DNA of 62,855 nt, filler included, from Phoronis australis (lineage: Eukaryota > Animalia > Phoronida): assembly GCA_002633005.1 (NCBI GenBank). It is 7 parts of 7 records of this genome, joined end to end, with 100 filler letters (N's around TTAATTAATTAA, not from the genome) between each part and the next. Parts side by side here need not be neighbours in the genome. Positions count along the whole stretch, not along the records: positions 1 to 3,915 come from NMRA01002777.1; positions 4,016 to 24,094 come from NMRA01001380.1; 5 more parts are not named here. One strand, given 5' to 3'. Shown piece by piece: positions 1 to 10,560 of the stretch; within the stretch, counting starts at the first letter, position 1, and every line of letters begins with the position of its first letter. A program made the position numbers and the translations under genes. The notes below the pieces were generated by a model. That model was given only the letters and a program-made list of their open reading frames with translations, was not told the origin of the DNA and ran no database searches.

Positions 1-452
1 GTTTGTACAGTGTAGCTATTACGAACGTAACAACATTTGGTAATATTATGAGCATTTGCAGCTGTGTGGTGAGCCTCGGAAAAATAGAAACATGGCAATT
101 TAGCAATTCGTTTTTGTCCCAATTTTAGGGTTGGCTAATCCTAATAATGTGTGAAGTATTTCCTTGAGTCACAGATGGATTGGATGTTTTTATTGGTAAC
201 TGAAATGGAATTCTGTCCTGGTAAGAAATATTTCGAAACCGAATTTACGAGAGAAAAAGACCCAAATCGATTTTCATTTTTAGGCAATTAAACAGGACGA
301 AGATCGGCTTTAATTGGTATCTGTGATTGTACTCTTGTATGTAAGCTCTTCTTCTCTGTAACAGCAGCCTCACACTTGGTGATGCATACTCCTTCGAAAG
401 CATGCTTTAAAAGTAGTCCATATTAACACACAGTATCTGATTTTTTTTCCAG

Positions 453-500
453 TGCTGGGAGTACCGAGGAAGAGGACCTGAAAAAAGCTTCTTGTATGAG
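453..500 (+). CDS. SAMHD1: SAMHD1-like dNTP triphosphohydrolase, internal exon (CWEYRGRGPEKSFLYE)
   Basis: ttttttttccAG acceptor and GTAAGT donor, 48 nt, phase 0/0. The peptide resembles vertebrate SAMHD1 WPYKGRPENKSFLYE and joins in frame to the exon at 3789. Confidence 0.85.
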
Positions 501-940
501 GTAAGTAGTGACAGCCTTACAGTTATGTGTTAATGACTGTACATAATAATCCAAAGATGTATTTCACCTTGTTTTGCTGGCTGAAAATGAAAAATGGATT
601 ACCGTATTTGTCCTAATAAGCGCCCATGTCCCTGTAAGCACCCCCCACGCATTTTCAGACTGCTAAAATAAGCGCCCAGCCCATGAACGTGTGTATGCAC
701 AAAATGCCTTACCTACAGTTCTAAAATTCTACAGTAACATCTTCAATTTATCAAAAAGATCCGACAGTCCTGAAAAAATTATTGTGCGCAAAATTTCTAA
801 ACCATGAGCCTCGCCGCTTTATCTGTATTTAGCTATGACTAGACACTTCAAACCTACACTGTGCTTCAAAAAGAACACAAAAGCTTTGCTGATCTTGCAG
901 AGAACGTGTCCACTATGGTCTGGCTTTTCAGAACAGAGTA

Positions 941-2205
941 CAGCACACATCACGAATTTTTGTCCGACCGGTCGGAAATTGGTCGACCAGCAGCCGACCA
1001 ACAACTGTCGGCTAGGAGCCGTCTGCTGAGTCGCCTTTGTGGTCGGCACTTGGGTCGGCTAAGTGGTCGCCAATTCGGATTAAGTGTGTCCTTGGTCGTC
1101 AATTACCATTTTATGACTTAGCGGGTGAACTTTGGCCAAACAAACATTTAACTGTTCGCTGTTCGTTCGCCAGAGGCAACTCCGGTCTTGACGTCGGTTT
1201 ATCAACTTTTGTTCAACTATTGAAAGGAGGTAAAATCGAATCAACCTACAAATACAAAGTGCGTGACATTACACCAGCCTTAAACTTTATGTCGAAATGA
1301 CGGCGTGGTAAAATCAAATGTTAAGTGATATTGCGGAAGCATAATTTCTAACTTTAGATATGAGACTTTTTATACAGTACATTATGCATAAAAACAAACA
1401 CGAAATTTGAAATTTTACATTAAAATTACATAAAAATCAGAATACAACGATTGGATGTTTTAAGACCTCAAGTGTTTTCATGCCGCGGAATGCTCAACAA
1501 GCAGCATGCATTTGCGCTCATCCGTTATTGCTCTTGATCATCACTTCATCACGCTGTATATTGCACTTTACCACAGATAATTATTGTTTATTTCTATATA
1601 ATTTCTTAATATTTTGAACCCAAGTTTATTTTAGGAACAACATAAACAATGGTTTGAACATAGCGCCGATATTAAGATCATGGGCGTATGAAAACGGAAG
1701 AATGTGATCGGTTTATAGTGTCATCCATCATCATTCTGAATTTGTTGTCACTTTCGCAGTAAAAAAGCGTTTCGAAGCTAGAGCCTTCCTATCTAGCCAG
1801 CTACCTGTATGAAGACTATTTTCAAAATACAGGAAGGTGCCACTGTGTATTAAGCTCAAACAGACCTTGAAATTTCACACAGCCCGGATAGTTACGCTCG
1901 TCACCTCGTCGTGAAGCTTGTATCAACATGAGCTCAAGATCGGCAGGTGTGCATGCAAAATCTGAATTTCAGTTGACATTCAATTTGCCCGTTACGGCCG
2001 TTTAAGCGAAAAACATCCGACATCATCCTCTTGCGCAATTCTCTGCCTTTTGTAACGAAAAAACGTATGTCGTCGTTTTGAAAAGAGTTCATTCGTGGCA
2101 CGCACCACTTCCAAAATGTTTTCGACATCTCCCATTAGATGATGACAACATCTCAGCAAAATTTGGTCTAAAATTGGGTTTACTGATATCAAAATTCCAA
2201 AAACA
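941..2205 (+). mobile_element. Truncated copy of the TA-flanked 'CAGCACACATCAC' TIR transposon family
   Basis: Starts TA|CAGCACACATCACGAATTTTTGTCCGACCGG. 941-1915 matches the reverse complement of ~35915-36951, and ~2025-2205 matches ~30052-30235. Confidence 0.8.
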
Positions 2206-2400
2206 TACCACAGGTTGTCATTGTTGGTCTAGTTCATTGTCACTCCCTGTAACTGACTGTATTTGTGCGTCACTGCTTGTTGCTGGGCCTAGCTAGGTGG
2301 CCACTGTATTCTCACTTCTGAAGATGGTGTTGACTAAATGACACCGAAACATGTCAAGTCTTAAAACTGTTGTTGTTTTCTTTAATTTATGTTAATTTCT
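2206..2400 (+). mobile_element. Penelope-like retroelement terminal (pLTR) fragment
   Basis: Carries a minimal hammerhead motif of the PLE type followed by a T-rich tail. No ORF is visible and the boundaries are approximate. Confidence 0.55.
2314..2359 (+). ncRNA. Minimal type I hammerhead ribozyme
   Basis: ACTT-CTGAAGA-T-GGTGT(loop)ACACC-GAAAC-AT-GTC-AAGT: core CUGANGA and GAAA, stem I ACTT/AAGT, stem II GGTGT/ACACC, palindromic ACATGT stem III, GUC cleavage triplet. Confidence 0.75.
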
Positions 2401-3788
2401 TAAGTTGTAATGCACAACCGGATCGTTACATTGCGTTTACTCTGGCAAATGATTTCTGATGACACACGTGCGCTCGCTCATTCACACACAACTCACGCAG
2501 GAGAACTTCAAAACAAATGTCACGTGACAAGAACATGTGTGTTCGTCCATAGATTTTTCTCATGTTGCGGGGTACAGCGCAGATTTGGACTTAATCTGCC
2601 GCAGTTAATCCCAACTCCACAGGAACTTGAATCTTAGGGACGCTTTTTGGAAAACTTAAGGAAGATTTCAGGTAATATGTTGTGTGGAAACAGTATTTTT
2701 ATTCAAGAATTCAAGTTGCCCTATCGACGATGGTGAGGCAGTGACGCATACGCCGGCGAGTTTTCACCCTGGTATTTTAGCACAATTTTCTGAAAAATGA
2801 TAATAATTCAACAACGAAGTTTGATAGCAATGCACCACAATTTTGTAGAAAGTCTCTCATAGGTTGCAGATATGTTACGGAGCGTAAATTTGATGAATTC
2901 TAACTTCCGATTTCACCCGTTTCGGAGACCAGATTCCAACCGCTTTAGGCTACAATAAGCGTCCCCCAGAAACGAATTTTTCTAAGCGACCTGGGTGCTT
3001 ATTATGCGAATACGGTAGGTCTTTTACTCTCCTAAAATTAGTCCCACAACTGTCTTTACAGTGAAAGGATTCACTATCAGTCTCCAATAAGAAGTTCAAA
3101 GCCATCAGCGACTCAAGAAAACGCTTTAGACTTCAGTGCTGTTGGCCAACCCTCAAATTGACAAATTTCTAGTGGCACTTGTAAGTACTAGGTAACAGAA
3201 ATGGAATCCTATCAGAATAAAAATATCAGACCAAACTAATTCAGTTTTCATTTTTTAGCCAGTTAAACATGGCGAAATGAAGCTTTAAGTAAGAGCTTGT
3301 GAGCAAATGGCTCTCGCTTTCAGGGGTGTTCAGGTTGTCCTTAAACTATTTTTGTTTGTCATCGCCTTACCCTCCTCTGAGATGGGTCGATGTTTTATTT
3401 TCCACTTTTCATTATCTGGGCAAGCTCATTTCTGTTATATATCAAATTAATATGTGGAAAATTAAATGAAAATTTTTGTATTGCTTCACTGTGTCACTGT
3501 AAAGGCAAACAATCGAGCGTTGTTGCACAATACTGTCCGATAAGCATTTCAACGTTTTTGTACACTTTCAAAGTAGAGGGCAATTGAAAAAAGCATACAT
3601 TTTGTTCACTCTTAAAAAAAATGGCAATAATGGTGAAGAGTCCCAAAGGAACAATTTGGAAAATAGTCTAAATTCAAAGAATTTTTTGACAGAAAGATGC
3701 CACTAGCTGCTTTGAGGCTTAGATTAGATGGTTGTTCATACTACGAAGTGTTTAATACTTGTAAAAATGTCTGTTTTCTTTGTACGAG

Positions 3789-3915
3789 GTGGTGGCTAAC
3801 AAGAGAAATGGTATTGATGTGGACAAGTGGGACTACTTCGCACGTGATTGCCACCATTTGGGAATTAAGAGCAGCGTTGACCACTACCGCTTCATTAGAT
3901 ATGCGCGAGTGATCA
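3789..3915 (+). CDS. SAMHD1: SAMHD1-like exon ([42 protein letters not shown]), truncated by a gap
   Basis: Near-identical to the SAMHD1 motif [25 protein letters not shown]. The acceptor would be an uncommon GAG. No later SAMHD1 exons were recognised after the gap. Confidence 0.92.
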
Positions 3916-4015
3916 NNNNNNNNNNNNNNNNNNNNNNNNNNNNNNNNNNNNNNNNNNNNTTAATTAATTAANNNNNNNNNNNNNNNNNNNNNNNNNNNNN
4001 NNNNNNNNNNNNNNN
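3916..4015. other. Artificial contig linker (N44-TTAATTAATTAA-N44)
   Basis: The same 100-bp spacer, with stops in all six frames, recurs at 24095-24194, 27569-27668, 52554-52653, 55395-55494 and 58891-58990. Confidence 0.97.
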
Positions 4016-4080
4016 CTCATCTACAGACCTGTCTTCTTGGTTCTTGATGTCGTCATATTCTGTATACACATTCAATGACT
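4016..4080 (-). pseudogene. Third, partial copy of the duplicated exon, cut by a gap
   Basis: Reads SLNVYTEYDDIKNQEDRSVDE, homologous to the other two copies. Confidence 0.45.
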
Positions 4081-4864
4081 GCAGTTATGTTATGTAAACA
4101 AGACTACATAAGTTAAATTATCATACACTGTATTTCTATCCACTTTAATAAAGGTTTGAAATTTTAATAATTTTCTTATCGTCCCAGTGCTTGATCAGCT
4201 AGTCACTTGATTTATAATGACACAAGAAAAATGTATCAACATCAGGTATTAAGATATCTTGTAGGAAACCAGTCGGTGTTTACAATAATTTTTAAATTCT
4301 TTTTATGTTTGAAAATGTAGCCAGAAACAATAAATGAATCATAGCAGGAAGGAATTTTCTTCCGGTTTGAAGACTGAATGAAAAAATCATATTAGTAGAT
4401 TACTTCATGCGGGTTCTTAAATGGGGGACTGGAATTTCATGTCTTGATCAGATGTAGCGATAACAACCAAAACTAAATCAGGCATGTGGTCAACCCACAC
4501 TATTTTTGTAGAATGCAGAGATGCCGAAAAAGGATGAAACTACCGCTTCCGCCGCCAGTGCTTCTCATAACTAAATACGAACGTGGCCTGAAATTAGACC
4601 CATGTTTAATGACGTATACATCAAAATAAAAGTATATCACCTCCAATCAACCACGCCAAAACATTCGAAATTTGAATCATGTTTCGCTCAAAACAAGTTT
4701 CCTTTTACGACTAGAGTCAATTTCAATGAAAAGAGATAATACAACCAACACGAGAAAAATCGTCCAAATGCGTTGTGCAGGTACTACAAGTGTTTTAAAT
4801 CTGATATGATGTTTAGTTGATCAAATTGTTACACTGCAACTTCATTGCTTTCCTGTGGTTATAC

Positions 4865-5047
4865 CTGACACGTCTGTTGCTTCACCTTCGTCGACCTTTT
4901 TATCATTGTCTAATGAAAAAGAGCGTGATGATGGTCCATGTGCCAGCCGCTGCGCTTTCTTGCCAGATTTGGTGCAGACATCATCTATACACCTGTCTTC
5001 GGGGTTGTTGCTGTCGTCACATTCTGTATACATATTGAACGACTGTC
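4865..5047 (-). pseudogene. Duplicated copy of the 183-nt exon with a mutated acceptor (AG to AA)
   Basis: The frame is open and homologous (YTECDDSNNPEDRCIDD...TDVSG) and the GTATAA donor is intact. The homologous acceptor reads ccAA, and nearby AGs shift the frame. Confidence 0.5.
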
Positions 5048-5389
5048 TTGGTTATGGAGAAATTGCTTTCAATTGCGCAAAAACTGCTTGCATATTTCGC
5101 AAACCTAAAGTGTATGAGTGTTAAGGGTAGAATGACCAACTTGATCCAAATTTCCAAATTCAGAGACTGTGTTTTTCAATCATTCTGCTTGTTAAACCCA
5201 CTTCATCGTTAATTTATCAAAATACCCGTTTATTCGCACCCAGTGTGTGTGGCGTGAGATTTTTGTGTCCGTGGCCTCATTTTATATTATGACTAGGAGA
5301 GGACATTTTACGATTATTAATTCAGAAACTAATCCACCTGGTGGCGCTATGACCAAGCCATAGCGGGGTAGGAAATCGCTATAAAGCAA

Positions 5390-6420
5390 GACTTCGCAAA
5401 ATTTCTTGGGATATTGCCGAGTATTTTAAATTAAGACACGTGATTTTAGCTGGGTTTGAGCTAGGTCGTAGAGTAGGTCATAGCGTTAATTGATCAACTC
5501 TACCCCGTCACCCGCTGTTCTGAATCACAGACGGAAACTAGCCGTTCAGTAACAAGTGAACGATCAATTAGTGTTTTGTTTTAAGTCCAAGCCTTTGCTC
5601 AAGGTCTTTGGCACACTGTCGTAGCGAGAGGTTTTCAGTTGGTGAAGTCAAATTTTGCAACAAATTAATCGACCGTCCGGGCTTGTTGAAGAATAGTCAA
5701 GTTATCCATTATCTACACATGCGCTGAAAGCTCCTTTTTTAGCAGTGGGCCATGGCTACCTTATGCCCCGCCGTAGAGTACGCCTCTAGGCACGGTGGAC
5801 CATGGCCTATGCTTTGGCACCAACATTTCACCTCACTTCTATCAACTGAGAGTAGCTTATACCTTTTTGCACAAATATTATAATGCCATTTGTGCATGAA
5901 ATCCAAGTCTATTTGTCACTGTTACCACGAATCCGTACCTAAAAAACTTCGCAAAGTTACGTGAGATATTGCCGTGTATTTTAAATGAAGCCACGTGATT
6001 TAGCTGGATTTGAGCGAGATCTTAGCGTAGGTCCTAGAGTTACTGAACTCTACCCGGTCGTCCGTCTTTCCGACTCACCGCCGGAAATTAGTGTTTTGGT
6101 GCAAGTCCAAACATTAATGATTTGCTAAATGCCTATGGCACACTGGCGTAGCGAGAGGTTTTCAGTAAATGGAGGCAAACCTGGGCACCGATTAACTAAT
6201 GTACGGGCGTGCTGAAGAATATTTAAGTGACCCAAGCTATACACTCTCGCCGAAAAAATCTTTTCGGGACTGAGAAGGTGGGACATGGACCCCTTATGCC
6301 CCGCCGTAGAGTACACCTCTAGGTGGACCATGGCCTATGCTTTTGCACCAACATTTCACTTCACTTATTGCAACTGAGAGAAGCTTATTCCTTTTTGCTC
6401 AATAATTATAATTCCATTCA
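5390..6420. repeat. Diverged tandem duplication, unit of ~555 bp x2
   Basis: acttcgcaaa...gatattgccg...ccttatgccccgccgtagagtac...gcaccaacatttcac recurs at ~5390 and ~5946. Confidence 0.8.
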
Positions 6421-6922
6421 ATGTGCAAGCAATCCTAATCCATTTGAAACAAGACTGTGTTAAAATTTAAAAATTCACTTTAATAAAGTAGTGAGTTTTC
6501 AATATTAAGCCTACACCGCCTCTCATATAAACGTGACTTGGACTTAGATCTATTTTTCATGACCTATGTTACAAAATGTAAATATATCACCTCCACACAA
6601 TCACCGTAAATTCGATTTTCTACAACGTTAGGGAGTTTTTGATAGTTTTGCGATGAAAAGGCGTTTTTTTTTTCGTAAACAACTCCACTAAAATTTGAAG
6701 CATGTTTTGAACAATACAATTTCGTCTCATTTACTGACATTTCGTCATCTCATTAGGACATGAGTAAATCTCATTGACATAAGATGATACTATCGAAACA
6801 GCAAAAACCGCTCAAATACACTGTACATCCTTTGCAGGCACTATGATTACTATTTTATCTGATTATGAGCTTTGTTGATCAAATTGTTACATTATAAGCT
6901 GATTGCTTTCCTGACATCATAC

Positions 6923-7105
6923 CTGGCACATCTGTTGCTTCACCCTCGTCGACCTGTTTATCGCTGTCTGATGAAGGAGAGCGCGATGATGGTCCATGTG
7001 CCGGCCCTTGCGCTTCGTTTCCAGATTCGGTATGGACATCATCTATACACCTGTCTTCGGGGCTCTCGCTGTTGACAGATTCTGCATGCATATTGAATAA
7101 CTCTC
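6923..7105 (-). CDS. 183-nt symmetric phase-1 exon, acidic and Ser-rich (GELFNMHAESVNSESPEDRCIDD...EGEATDVPG)
   Basis: ttccttcataaccAG acceptor, GTATGA donor, open frame of 61 codons. Paralogous copies lie at 4865-5047 and 4016-4080. Confidence 0.6.
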
Positions 7106-7557
7106 CTGGTTATGAAGGAACTGTTTTGAATTGTGCACAAAAAGCGCACATGTTTTAAACCTACAGTGCCCGTGTGCCTTTGTTCCGAGTAAAATGGCCA
7201 ACTTAATGCAAATTCCAATTTATTCTGCTTGTTACGCCCACTTCATCGTTAATTTTTCTAAATACACATTTATTGGCAGCCATTTTGTATGACGTGAGAT
7301 TTTTGTGGCTTTGGCGTCATTTTGTATGATGGCTATGCAGGAAGGACATTTTACGATTATTATTTCAGAAACTAATCTACGTGGTGGCTCCTTGACCAAA
7401 CCATACTCAGATAGAGTCCAGTAGCGGTATGACCTCGCTAAAAGTACATCTGTGCAAGAAACTCTAGTCTGTTTGCCACAATTAGCACTAATTCTGACCG
7501 AATAACAGTGCACAAACTATCTTCATTAGTCAGTGATATCGTATGAAACAGCATCCC

Positions 7558-7838
7558 CAGTGGCGGATTTAGGGGGTGGCCAAGGGGGCCATGGCCCCCC
7601 TAAAATTTTACAAGATACCATTTGGCAGTTCGGGTGCGAATTGCTTACTAGCACATAAGCCCAACCAGGGGAGAGGGGGCTCTTGGGGGGGGGGTGTTTT
7701 TTAAGTCAAAAGGTCCGCAAACCCAAAAATTCGAAACCGCTACATCCCTACATTTTAGACTGGGCGCGCGCAACTGACAAAACTGTGGTTATTCCTCTGC
7801 CCCGGCCCCCCTAAGTCAAAATCCTGGATTCGACCCTG
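7558..7838. mobile_element. hAT-like MITE
   Basis: CAGTGGCGGATTTAGG...CCTGGATTCGACCCTG termini. Flanks agcatccc/atcacccc match at 6/8, consistent with a decayed 8-bp TSD. Confidence 0.6.
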
Positions 7839-9003
7839 ATCACCCCTACTTGTTATGCTATCTTTGGTAGAAGAACCAGTGATGGCTACAGGACGTTTAA
7901 AATCTTTGAAATTTCGTTTTGATGTGATGTGTGCAGGTTTCTAAACTTTTGTAATTCAAACATATCTGATTTACATAGGAAAGGTGTTAGTTCAAGTGTG
8001 ATAACCACACTTAGTTTTTAGCGATTGTCTCTAAAATGATTTGAGCAAAACTTCTACTGGTATACAGCCATCAAGCCTAAAATTGGTGATTGTGATCGTA
8101 GAAATACCTGATTACCATGGTAGCGATACCCAATTCAACACAGCAAAAGATCTAATTTTTAAAAATAATACCCCCGCCCAAATCCTTTTGTCAATGTTTC
8201 TCTCTTATAAAATGAATTTGACCCCCAAACCTAAAACAGCTGAATTATTTTCGCAGGCAAGCTACTTCTTGGTAACCGTAACAACGGCACATACTCAAGC
8301 TAGTCAACCCCCTAGGTTTCCTTGAAGGAAGATTCACTATAAATACTTAGGAATGACTTTGTTATCACACTTAAATTTGCTGATGTTAACCAACTGACCG
8401 CTATAAACTATCAAAATTAACTGCACATAGAATATATAACCCCATTTTCACAACCAACCCATTTATCTAAGCTTTAAGGACAACGTACCTAAACTACACG
8501 GTTAACGGAGTCATGAACACGGTAACGTACTCATGAACACGACTCACGTACTGTTCACTGCCATAAAGCATGTCATAAAAACACGGGTCACGGACTCATC
8601 GGCTTCCTGGGTCAGCTGACACCGACATTTTGTCCGTAAACTGAAAAAGGATCAAACTACCGCTTCCGCCGCCAATGCTTCTCATCACTAAATACGAACA
8701 TGGCCTGAACTTAGACCCATGTTTAATGACTCATAGATCAAAATAAAAGTACATCACCTCCATGCAAGCACGTCAAATTTGACAACCGATTAATCGACCG
8801 TCCGGGTTTGTTGAAGAGTAGTTAAGTTACCAATTATCTACGCGCGCATAGACCGGGATCCCAGACCTTTTTTGGTTATGAAAACGTAACCAATTTTCTT
8901 TGGTGCCAAAGTGTTCTATGCGTATCCTCATGAATGGAAATGGCCGTCTGGCAGGTTCGCTATGGTGGGTGTGGTGAGGGGAGCCAAGAGAATGACACTC
9001 AAA

Positions 9004-9801
9004 AACTGAGCTAGATCAACTTTTCTGGTAACCACATAAACTGCCGTCGATACCTGCTACGTCATCCATTGTATCAAAATTGGTCACTGCGAGACAATTT
9101 CTGTGGTGGGAAGTACCCGCCAGACGAACATATACAGGGTACAAAAATTGAGCTAGATCAATCCAAGAGGTAACCGCTTGAAACCAGTCGCAAAATTTAT
9201 GATTCATCGTAAGCACAGGTACCACGAATGAGCACTGCCAGAAAAATCTAGTGGTGGGTTACCCCCGCCAGACACGCCTAAATACCAGAATTGAGCTAGA
9301 TCAATCCATCAGGTAACCGTTTGAAACCAATTGCACGATGTTCAGCATCACTGAACATAGCACAACAGTTAGATGCCAGACAATTTCAGTGGTGGGGTGG
9401 CCCTGCCAGACGATTATCAAAAAGGGTTAAAAATTGAGCTAGATCAATCCAAGAGGTAACCGCCTAAAACTACTCCAAAACATTCACCGTAAGCCCAGGT
9501 ATCACGAATTAACACTGCCAGACAAATCTAGTGGTGGGTTAGCCACGCCAGACACGTCCAAATACATGAATTGAGCTAGATCAACCCAAGACGTAACCGC
9601 ATGAAACAAGTAGCAAAATATTTGCCGTAAGCCCTGGTATCAAGAATGAATACTGCCAGACAAATCTAGTGGTGGGTTATCCCCGCCAGACACGCCCAAG
9701 TACCTGAGTTTAGCTACATGTAGGTCAACCCACAAGGAAACCGCTTGAAACCAATCGCCCGATGCTCAGCATCATTGCACGTGGCAAAACAGTAAGATGC
9801 C
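9004..9801. repeat. Tandem array of ~137-143-bp units x~5.7, with conserved boxes and two subtypes
   Basis: TGAGCTAGATCAA at 9007, 9149, 9292, 9435, 9572 and (degenerate) 9710. Units also share GGTAACC and GCCAGAC...GTGGTGGG...GCCAGAC. Confidence 0.9.
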
Positions 9802-10264
9802 TCCATCAAACAAATAGGGAGTCGAAACAACATTGATTATAAGCCCATTCACGCTGAATAAGCATCACAATCAGGAACCAGGCACTTCGATTTTCAATAA
9901 AGCCACTAAGTCTGTACGACATAGGTCACCGCACAAGGTGAGAGATTTTTGTCCGCAAGTTTATGTCTGGGCATGAACAATAGAAAAACCGCGCCTGAGG
10001 TTGGAGCGATCTCACAAGTCCATGCGAAAACAGCAGAATACTCCACATAATTCACTATTAAAACGAAACCTAAAAACTCGTCCAAGACGGATACCACATT
10101 TTTTCGTTATCCTATTTTACCAGTCTAAACTGCCTCCCTTTGTTTTCGGACGAGTCATTTGATGCAACTGCTAAAAGGAATAATAATCAAAATGCCGTCT
10201 TTTGCTGTCCCCTGCGTCATCTACCTTCATTTCACACGGTGATGAATTGCAAATTTGGCAAAAC

Positions 10265-10560
10265 TGATCAGTTTTGGGCAGTCTTCGTCTTTCTCGGCAT
10301 AAACCGAGCCCACAGACATCTCCGGAGATCCGTCAAGAACAATGACTTCAGTGGCTATATCAACATTTTCCCGACTACGCTAGAAGTATTCTTTGCCCTG
10401 AACCGCCCAAACTACGCCGGATGGGGAACATTGTTTTACCAAAAGTTGAAATTGGCAAACCCAATATTACATGAAGTGCTGGAAAACGGTGCGTTATCAG
10501 TGCTAGGTACGAGGAAAAACTTTAATAGATCGGCTGCTGACCTCTCTTTGAAACAGTCCG
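10265..10560 (+). pseudogene. Degenerate DNA-transposon transposase-like fragment
   Basis: FFALNRPNYAGWGTLF...LENGALSV..TRKNFNRSAADLSLKQS resembles the 'FFA....NYARW...G.F.V......F.....D..LEQ' segment of large invertebrate transposon-associated (CXC-domain) proteins, recalled from memory. The conserved E appears to be K here. Confidence 0.5.

Larger units (their letters stand above)
602..3015. mobile_element. Non-autonomous Tc1/mariner-superfamily (pogo/Tc2-like) element in the SAMHD1 intron, carrying nested insertions
   Basis: TA|CCGTATTTGTCCTAATAAGCGCCC at 600-625 and GGGTGCTTATTATGCGAATACGG|TA at 2993-3017 form imperfect TIRs with TA flanks. Confidence 0.7.

Noticed and set aside
819-1300. 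Recurrent short ORFs such as STAHITNFCPTGRKLVD (also ~36783-37037)
   Set aside because: Translations of the GC-rich TIR and subterminal repeats of the transposon family.
3916-4015. TTAATTAATTAA palindromes inside N runs (six occurrences)
   Set aside because: Identical 100-bp assembly linkers, not biology. ORFs running through N tracts (for example 32830-33522 and 25363-25752) are artefacts.
9004-9801. CRISPR-like repeat-spacer reading of the array
   Set aside because: The middles are homologous between units, the repeats are degenerate, no cas genes are present, and the context is eukaryotic.
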